A DNA stretch of 64,000 bases from the human T2T-CHM13v2.0 reference genome, Homo sapiens: NCBI RefSeq assembly GCF_009914755.1, contig NC_060926.1; one strand, 5' to 3'. A model generated the notes under the pieces. It did no database searches and was not told where the DNA came from. It worked only from the letters and a program-made list of their open reading frames with translations. Positions 55,326-64,000 of the stretch are shown here, one piece after another; position 1 is the first letter of the stretch; each line of letters opens with the position of its first letter. The position numbers and the translations under genes are program-made.

Positions 55326-55579
55326 GTGAAATTAACAACAGTATGAAAAACATAGATACATTTTTTTTCCTACTTTAGACAAAAGAGAGTAATAGTTGAA
55401 GGCAGGGACTTTGGAGTCCCTGAGTAGTACCTGCCTTCCCATATTTAGTAACTTTAAACAAGTTATTATACCGAAAAATCTGGTCTGGTTTCTTTATCTT
55501 TGAAACCTGATTAAAGTCCCTCTCCTCACAAGACTGTTGTGTGCATAACATAAGGTAACACTTGGAAATGTTTTTGCAT

Positions 55580-56030
55580 CACAGTCCCCAAACTGTGCCC
55601 AGGTGCCCCTGAGTGCTAGCAGCAAACTCATAGCAGAGATATTTTGAGTTTAAATGTAAGGTTGCACAACATTATTTTTGATGCTGTCATATCTTTGTGA
55701 AGCTGGGTTTTGATAGTGGTTGTGATAAAAAGTAAGTGTCATGCAAAAGTCAACGAGGAACAGGAAATGAGGTTGGCAATGCCCAAACTGGTTTTGCGTT
55801 TTGAGAAATTGTGCGACATCTGATACGTGTGCACAGATTTTAGTAAATCACTGTGGATATTTTTTAAATGAAATAAAAATATTTTTGTTCAATATTAATG
55901 TATTTTTCAAATTGATACTAGGTTATTACAATGTAGTTATTTAGGTATTTGGACCTAACCATTTAATAAATAGTATTGTTAGGTATTTCTTTTGGCCTAC
56001 AGGTGCCATGAAAAAGTTACTGATATAAGC
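55580..56030 (+). mobile_element. hAT-Charlie (Charlie4-like) internally deleted element with transposase dimerisation-domain remnant
   Basis: From 55687 SYLCEAGF; after a frameshift VIKSKCHAKVNEEQEMRLAM..LRFEKLC, typical of the Charlie/Buster C-terminus. CCCAAACTGTG end motif. Confidence 0.72.
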
Positions 56031-56617
56031 AGGGTGGGGATTTCTGCTTAGCACAGGGGGTGTTGTGACAACTCACTGAGTATTAACTATTTGGTAGGAA
56101 CGATATATTGGGATATTAATTTCATTTTGTGCTTTCTGTATTTTTTCTTTTATCACATTCTCCTTCCAATGATGTATTCCTGTACATGGTGTTTTATCAC
56201 TACAGAGAAATTTTGCATGGCAGAGCAAAATCTTTATGCAGAGGACTTCCCAGCATGGCTTTGAAGGCTTAAGAGTCTATCAGTTTTCTAAGAGAGAAGA
56301 GAGGAAAGTGTGCTTTGAGGGAACAAGACCCAGGGAGGGTTCCCTCAATCATAGGACAAAGATGTAAATCCACAAGTTGCTTGAATAGTAGTGGCCAATA
56401 CTACTCTCTTGCAGTGCTCCAAGGACCTTGGTGTAAGAGGAATTTGTTGAACCTATTAAAGGCTCACTAGTGTTTCTTGGGTTAAATGAAATTCAAGAAC
56501 TAGGGGCCCAGAGAGTAGTATATGAGTGATGGAGGATATCCCTGAAAGGGTCATGTTCTCTGCAAATCACATACTCCGCTCAACTCATACAAATACCCTT
56601 GTAAATCTTTAACAAAT

Positions 56618-56830
56618 AATAAATACCACTTACTGAGCTCATCTTTCATTCCAGGAACGTGGCTAAGTTCTTCACATGCACTGTCTCATTTAATACAAAC
56701 AAGGTACCATTATTAGGCTCATTTTAAAAACAAAGATTCTGCAGCCCAGAGAAAGTATGTAGCTTGCCCAGCTCACACAGTTAGTAAGTGGTAGAGAGCA
56801 GATGTAAACTCCAAAGTTCAAGTTCGTGCT
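56618..56830 (-). mobile_element. MIR
   Basis: ACTTACTGAGC...TCTCATTTAAT...CTTGCCCAG.TCACACAGTTAGTAAGTGG. Confidence 0.75.
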
Positions 56831-56834
56831 GAAT

Positions 56835-57410
56835 ATTGGTAGGAACCTGTCTTCTTGCAAAGGGCAGAAACCTAATTCAAAATAGCTTAAATTTAAAAGA
56901 CAAATAAATCACCTATTGCCAAAGTTTGGGGGTAGGATTTTTGTCCCAGCAGGATGCAGGTGTTGGAATGATGCAGTTAACCAGCTGTCTCCTGCATCTC
57001 TTGGCCCTGCATTCCTCAGAGCTGTCTTCACTTTGGGTAAGTTAGCAAAGCATGTCCATAGGAGGCAAGGTGGCCGCCAGCCACTCCTGGGGAACCTCTG
57101 GCCGACTAAGACTGCCCAGCAGAAAGAGAGCACTTCTTTTAGAAAACTTCCATCAGAAGCCCCAGAATGGGTCTCATTCACCTGGCTTTGCTTTATGCCC
57201 AACCCTGACCCAATTTCAGTGTTATCAGGTAAATGAAATAGGGGAATGGGTCACGTCTGGATCACCTGCCTATCCCTGCCACAGATGAGATTCACCGAAA
57301 CTGCATGATTGACAGTGAGGAAAGTGTAGTTCTCAAAAGAAGCTGAAATTGCTATTCATTGCAAAAAGAAGGAATACTGGAAGGTAAAACATAACAACGA
57401 CCCAATATCA
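56835..57410 (-). mobile_element. MLT1J/K-like MaLR LTR
   Basis: CTTGCAA...CAGAAACCTAATTCAAAATAGCTTAA...CAAGGTGGCCGCCAGC...GGGTCACGT. Confidence 0.65.
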
Positions 57411-58723
57411 AGCACTTACATTTTTATTTTTTAACAAGAGAAGACCTTGAGCTATTACACCCATTTTGGAAGACAGCAAGGTACATTTACATTTCTAGAA
57501 CCATCTGAATTTGGCACAAGCTCTTGTCGTGGATTTCCCATTGTTGCTGACACTGTGATGTGCATGTCTTTTCTTTCTTACACAATAAACCAAGGTGCTA
57601 GACATTTGTCAAACAAAACAACCTTAACTGGTATTCAGGCTCTGCATCGGGAAGCAAACCCACATCTTCATCTTCAATTTCATTTGACTACCAGGGTGGA
57701 GGAGAAAATGTCCTCAGGCAACAGGTAGGTGTTTACCTGCTTGTGGTCTGGGTGCTCTTTTGGCTGGGCTGCATCGAAGCACTCGTAATAACTCCACTGC
57801 GTGGCAGCTAACTCCACCAGGATTCAGTTGCCATGCAACTGCATGGTATTTCTCTATAATATTGCCTTTCCTATGATTACAGATTGAGGCGCTTTTATAG
57901 TCATAATAATACCTTGCACTCGTGCCAGGCCTTTTACATAAGACGATCCCAATAGGGTGAATAGAGTTGCTCTTTATGTAAGTTTTTTCACCAAGCACTA
58001 AAAATATCCATACTTCCAATTTAGCTACATGGCAGCCATCCTCTCCTAGTTAAAATATACAATAGATATTTTGGCAGGAGGTGATACAAAGGATTACTCA
58101 TCAGATTTAAAATGTGAAAGATATTTAGGTGCACATAATAGATCTCCATTAGAGAACGCCATAGGCACTACATCAGGTGCTGACAATATTTTGGGGGTGT
58201 CTCTGATTTGGGTGCTTGAAAGAGGTTTAATTGTTTTTGCTTTTTATATGGAATGAGGGGAGCAATTGAAAAGTGGATTGGATCAGGCTCTACTGCGTGA
58301 TTCAACTGCTCCAAGGTCTTAAATAGGTACTTAGAATGAGGGAGTCAGCACGGCTTCACTGAAGTACCATTTAACACTTGTTGGAGAAAATTACTCTGTG
58401 AGTCTGATGTCCTACTTTTTCATCTAGTGAGTAGTGACTCAACTGGCAGGGTCTAGCACATTCTTTTTAATCTCTTAATCAGAAGCTTTCAGAAGTTCAG
58501 GTGTTATTATCAAGGAAGCAATATTCCATCTGAAAGCAAATAGGTTCCTGAGTTTCCTGACAAGCACACTCACTCATTAACCTTTTAAATAAAACTACCA
58601 TAATACAATGGAGGAAACCAAAACTAAGCTGCTTTGACCTTAATTTTATTAGCCAGCTAAAAATGTTGTAAAAAATAATTTGAAAGTAAAAGACTTATTT
58701 GCAGTAATGAGGTTTTTAAAAAC

Positions 58724-59240
58724 TTTTTTTTTTAATTTTTGTGAGTACATAGTAGATGTATATATTTATGGGTTACATGGGATGTTTTGATATAGGCGTG
58801 CAATGGGTAATAATTGCATTATGGAAAATGGGGTATTCATCACCTCAAGCATTTATCTTTTTTGGTACAAACAATCCAGTTATTCTCTTTTATTATTTTT
58901 AAATGTACAGCTAAATTGTTATTGACTAAAATCACCTTGTTGTGCTATCAAATACTAGGTCTTATTCTTTCCAACTAATTTTTATACCCATTAACCATCC
59001 CCACCTCTCCCACTCATGCTTCACTATCCTTCCCAGTCTCTGGTAACCATCCTTCTACTCTCTATCTCCATGAGTTCAACTGTTTTGATTTTTAGACCCC
59101 ATAAATAAGTGAGAACATGCGATGTTTGTTTTATGTGCCTAGCTTATTTCACTTAGCATAATGACCTTCATTTTAATCCATGAATAAAGAAAATGTAGTA
59201 CTTATACACAATGGAGTACTATTCAGCTATAAAAAGGAAT
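58724..59240 (-). mobile_element. L1MA1/L1MA2-like 3' end with short 5' inversion
   Basis: Antisense 3'UTR 58724-59182, then a sense-oriented L1 segment 59180-59240 (ATGAATAAAGAAAATGT...ATGGAGTACTATTCAGC). Confidence 0.85.
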
Positions 59241-59264
59241 TTTTTTAAAGCATGTCTTCTAAAG

Positions 59265-59800
59265 TAGACATCCCCAACCTTTTTGGCATCAGGGACTGGT
59301 TTGATGGAAGACAATTTTTCAACAGACTGGGGTGGGTTGGGGGGATGGTCTCAAGATGATTCAAGTGCATTACATTTATTATGCACTTTATCACTATTAC
59401 TATTACATTGTAATATATAATGAAATAATTATACAACTCACTATAATGTAGAATCAGTGGGAGCCTTGAGCTTGTTTTCCTGCAATTAGACGGTCCCATC
59501 TGGGGATGATGGGAGACAGTGACAGATCATCAGGCATTAAATTCTCATAATGAGTGAGCAACCTTGATCCCTTGTATGTGCAGTTCACAATACGGTTTGA
59601 ATTCCTATGAGAATCTAATGCCACTGCTGATTTGACAGGAGGCGGGGCTTAAGCAGTAATGCGAACAATGGGGAGCAGCTGTAAATACAGATGAAGCATC
59701 ACACACTTGCCCATCACTCACCTCCTGCTGTGTGGCCTGGTTCCTAACAGGCACAAACTGGTACTGGTGGGTCTTTAGAACATGGGATTGGGGACCCCTG
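59265..59800 (+). mobile_element. MER1A hAT-Charlie element, full length
   Basis: Perfect 8-bp TSD TTCTAAAG (59257-59264, 59801-59808). TIRs ..TCCCCAACC / GATTGGGGACCCCTG; 536 bp. Confidence 0.93.
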
Positions 59801-59974
59801 TTCTAAAGCCTTCTGTCTTATTTTGGGAAGCACCTTTCTTTTGGTTCCCCTTTGTAACTCAGTTACATCCACCTATTAATGCTTGAGTTAAATTCTTATC
59901 ATATCTTCATTGCCATAATTGTGGAATTTTAGTTGTCCTTTTATATTCATATTATTCTTTAATAGATTTCTTAA

Positions 59975-60505
59975 AATTTATGTGGATACATGGCTGCCTT
60001 GGTTAAGGCAAATTTTTCAGTGTTTCTTGTAGCTAAGTTTGGCCATGAGTCAAAATTCTGACTGGTAGCATTTAAGGATTAGTGATTTGTGGAGTTTTCA
60101 GGTAATGGCTTTAAAGGAAACAGACGTGTTCTGTCCTTTCTTGCTTCTCTCCTGGAACTTCAAAAATGGATAATTCCTCTTGGTGAGGAAAACTGTAAGC
60201 TATGGATCTTGAGAACTATTGACAGCCATGTCCACTGCCATGTGAAGAAAACTACTCTGTATTTAGAGAAAATCAAGCCGAGGTGAGCTAAAAGAACATG
60301 CAAGAGACAGCATGAGACTCTCCTTTTGGCATTTGACCCCATGTCTATTGTCTCTTATGTGCACCAAATCCAGCCCTCAGACAACTGATTGTTCAGACAC
60401 TGAAGATGAAAGCAACATACCATGATTTTAAAAAAAAATAACTCCCCTTTCTCTTTTAAGTTCATTTAAGTCTTGTTTTTGCCACAAGAAGAGTTCTCAT
60501 TCATA
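59975..60505 (+). mobile_element. Old MLT1/ERVL-type LTR fragments
   Basis: CTTGTAGCTA..TGGCCATGAGT; CTGCCATGTGAAGAA; CCAGCCC..AGACAACTG. Confidence 0.45.
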
Positions 60506-60793
60506 AATCAGGATAAACTCTATAGCAAAAATAGTGGACTTTGTAAATATATCCCCATGGAATTGCCCTATTAGCATTTAGTGACACCGTATAGCAGAGT
60601 GAAAAAATGTGGGACCTCCAATGTGACTTGAGTTGAAAACTTAGAAGAAACATCAATTAAACATTGAGTATCAAACAATTTTCTTTTTTCTCATGTTTAC
60701 CTACACAGAAGACATAAATGAGTTATATATATAACGTTTATTTGGAACAGCAAAATCTTTCAATCTAATTGAATACTTGTTGAAATTGTACAA

Positions 60794-63179
60794 TGACATG
60801 ATTTGGTTCTCTGTCCCCACCCAAATCTCATGTCAAATTGTAATTTCCAATATAGTGGGAAGGACCTGTTGGGAGGCGATTGGATCATGGGGGGCAGGTT
60901 TCCCCCTTGCTGTTCTTATGATGGGGAATTCTCACGAGATGTGGTTGTTTAAAAATGTGTAGCACTCCCCCTTCACACTCTCACTCCCACTCTGCTATGT
61001 GGAGAAGGTGCTTGCTTCCCCTTTGCCCTTCAGCCATGATTGTAAGTTTCCTGAGGCCTCCCCAATCATGCTTCCTGTACAGCCTGCAAAACTCTGAGTC
61101 AGTTAAACCTTTTCTTCATAAATTACCCAGTCTCAGGTAGTTCTTTATAGCAGTGTGAGAATGAATTGATACAGAAAATTAGTACCAGGAGGGGGACATT
61201 CCTATAAAGTACCTTTATCTTCATCTCACCTATAAAGGTGGAATGAAAGTGGAAGGAAATGAAAATGTGGAATCAACTTTGGAACTGGTTAATGGGCAAA
61301 GGTGGGAACAGTTTTGGAGGGCTCAGAAGAAGACATAAAGATGAGGGAAAGTTTGTAACTTCTTAGAGACTTGTTGAATGGTTGTGACCAAAATGCTGAT
61401 AGTGACATGGACAGTAAAGTCTAGACTGAGGTGGTTTCAGATAAAGATGAGGAACTTATTAGGAACTGGTGACTCTTGCTATGCCTTAGCAAAGAGACTG
61501 GTGGCATTTTACCCCTGCTCTAGAGATCTGTGGAACTTTGAACTTGACAGAGATGATTTAGGGTAGCTGATGGAAGAATTTCTAAGCAGCATAGCATTCA
61601 ATATGAGGCCTGGCTGCATCTAAAAGCCTATGTTCATTTTTATAAGCAAATAAATGACCTGAAACTAAAACTTATATTTAAAAGGGAAGCAGAGCATAAA
61701 AATTTGGAAAATTTGCAGCCCAATTATGTGGTAGAAAAGAAAAACTCATTTTCTGGGGAGGAATTCAAGACTACAGAAATTGGCATAAGTAATGAAGAAC
61801 CAAACGTTAATAGCCAAGAAAATGGGGAAAATGCCTTTAGGGCATTTCAGAGACCTCCGTGGCAGCCCCTCCCATCACAGGGCCAGAGGCCTAGGAGGGA
61901 AAAATGCTTTGTGGGACTGAAAGTCTCACTGCCCTCTGCAGCCTGGGGACATGGTGCCATGTGTCCCAGCTGATCCAATTCCAGCTGTGGCTAAAAGGGG
62001 CCAATATATAGCTTGGGCTGTTGCTTCAGAGGGTGTAAGCCCCAAGCATTGGCAGCTTCCATGTGGTGTTGGCCTGTGAGTGCAGAGAAGGCAAGAGTTG
62101 AGCCTTGGGAGCCTCTGCCTAGATTTCAGAGGATGTATGGAAATGCATTGATGTTCAGGCAGAACAGAAACAGAGCCCTAATGGAGAACCTCTACTAGCA
62201 CAGTGCTGCAGGGAAATGTGGGGTTGGAGTTCCCACACAGAATCCCCACGTGGACACTGCCTAGTGCAGCTGTGAGAAGAGGGTCACTGTCCTGCAGACC
62301 CCAGAATGGTAGATCCTCTGGCAACTTGCACTCAGCAGGCACTCAATACTAGCCCATGAAAGCAGCCACAGGGGCTGTACCCTGCAGAGCCACAAGGGTG
62401 GAGCTGCCCAAGGCTTTGGGATATTACCTGTTATATCAGTGCACCCTGGATGTGAGACATGTAGTCCAGGAGATTATTTTGAAAGCTTTAAGATTTAATA
62501 ACTGCCCTGCTGGGTTTTGGACTTGCATGGGACCTGTATCCCCTTTATTTTGACCAATTTCTCCATTTTTGAATAGAGGCATTTACCCAATTCCTGTATC
62601 CTCATTGTATCTTGGAAGTAACTAACTTGTTTTTGATTTTACAGGCTCATAGGCAGAAGGGACTGAGACAAGACTTTGGACTTGGACTTTGAAGTAAAAT
62701 GTTGGAATGAATTAAGACTTTGGGGGACTCTTGGGAAGGAATGATTGTATTTTGAAATGTGAGAACATGAGACTTGGAAGGGACCAGGGGCAAAATGACA
62801 TGGTTTGGCTCTGTGTCCCCACTCAAATCTCATATGGAATTGTAATTCCCAGTGCTGGGGGAGGGATCTGTTGGGGGTGATTGGATCATGGTGGCAGATT
62901 TTTCCCCCTTGCTGTTCTCATGATAGTTAGTGAGTTCTCATGAGATCTGGTTGTTTAAAAGTATGTAGCACTCTCCCTTCACTCTCTCTCCTTCTCCACC
63001 ATATGAAGAATATGCTTGCTTCTCCTTTGCTGTTCTGCCAGGCTTGTAAGTTTCCTGAGGCCTACCTAACCATGTTCCCTGGACAGCCTGTGAAACTGTG
63101 AGTCAATTAAACCTCTTTTCTTCATAAATTACCCAGTCTCAGGTAGTTCTTTATAGAAGTGTGAAAGTGGATTCATACT
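60794..63179 (+). mobile_element. Two-LTR MST (MSTA-like) MaLR provirus: LTR 60794-61173, internal 61174-62795, LTR 62796-63179
   Basis: Both LTRs start TGACATG(A/G)TTTGG. Internal region GAAAATTAGTACCAG... to a purine tract GGAAGGGACCAGGGGCAAAA. Candidate 5-bp TSD TACAA (60789-60793) / TATAA (63180-63184). Confidence 0.93.
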
Positions 63180-63869
63180 TATAAATTATTTGTTGCATAT
63201 GATTATTAGTTTTAGAACCTGGGTATAAGGAGAACAGTATAGCTTTTAATGGGTTTAAAACATAACCTGTCAACATTTACATGCATTTTCATAGCAAAAC
63301 ATTTCCATTAAAAAATCCTTAAGAAAATAATGGAAGACAGCCAAATTAAAGATACTGTAAGTAGTTTAAGGTGTTTCTGAGATGATTTTAGATGATTGTA
63401 CATTTATTTCTTTTTATAAAAGTAAATGCATAACCTTTCACGGAGGACCTCAGATTAAAATAGGCTGTGTGCATTTATCATTTGGGTTTGGTTTTGCTTT
63501 GTTAGAGCATCCTGCAATTTGCATGTTTTCTTTTAATGGATCAAAAACTTTAATCCTTATACACAATGCTCTGAATATTTTAAATGAGATAAGAGTCTCC
63601 ACTCAAAATAAATATTGTACTATAAATCAGTTGTGATTACATTAGACTTTTACTAACTTTTTAAAATTTATTTTTTATTTGGATTTTTACTACCTATTTG
63701 CTAATGGTACATCCATGCTAAATTGCCTACCCTGATTGTATTATAAACTAAAATTTAGAGCATCTACTAAAAACCACTTCTTTTCAAATCCTGTATCTTA
63801 GTATAACTTTACCTTAACACACAAATGGGTAGATTTTAAAATTATCGTGGTGCATTTACTCTGAGAATA

Positions 63870-64000
63870 TAGTTGGCCATTTGTATCTGTCTGTGGATTC
63901 AACTATGGATTGAAAATATTAGCCAAAAAAACAATAAAAAACAATACAACAATAAAAATAATACAAAATACAGTATAACAACTATTTACACATTATTTAC
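63870..64000. mobile_element. MER2/MER8-type TcMar-Tigger MITE, cut by window end
   Basis: GTGGATTCAAC...GAAAATATT...ATACAGTATAACAACTATTTACA. Confidence 0.75.

Noticed and set aside
57447-58256. Cluster of 60-100-aa ORFs with a good donor (CAG|GTAGGT near 57724)
   Set aside because: No recognisable domain, no convincing matching acceptor, lengths within random expectation.

Overview
Repeat-rich, AT-rich primate (hominoid, probably human) intronic or intergenic DNA. I cannot support any host protein-coding gene, RNA gene or CRISPR array. The long ORFs come from transposable elements (L1 ORF2, ERVL gag, Alu, MaLR) or are random. Main elements: a twin-primed 5'-inverted young L1PA (83-2176), several Alus, a 5'-LTR+gag half of an ERV-L, a two-LTR MST/MaLR provirus, a large nested L1M stack, and many old L2/MIR/MLT/hAT/Tigger fragments. 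The most unusual structure is a 376-bp copy of an Alu right arm, its tail, its old TSD and 3' flanking DNA (source 29909-30281). It is pasted about 0.5 kb downstream (30768-31143) between its own 20-bp direct repeats, with no new poly(A) tail. Several smaller template-switch-like scars also occur: perfect 17- and 24-bp hairpins, a 25-bp dispersed copy and patchwork inserts. Subfamily names are recalled from consensus sequences and are approximate; boundaries of old elements are approximate.
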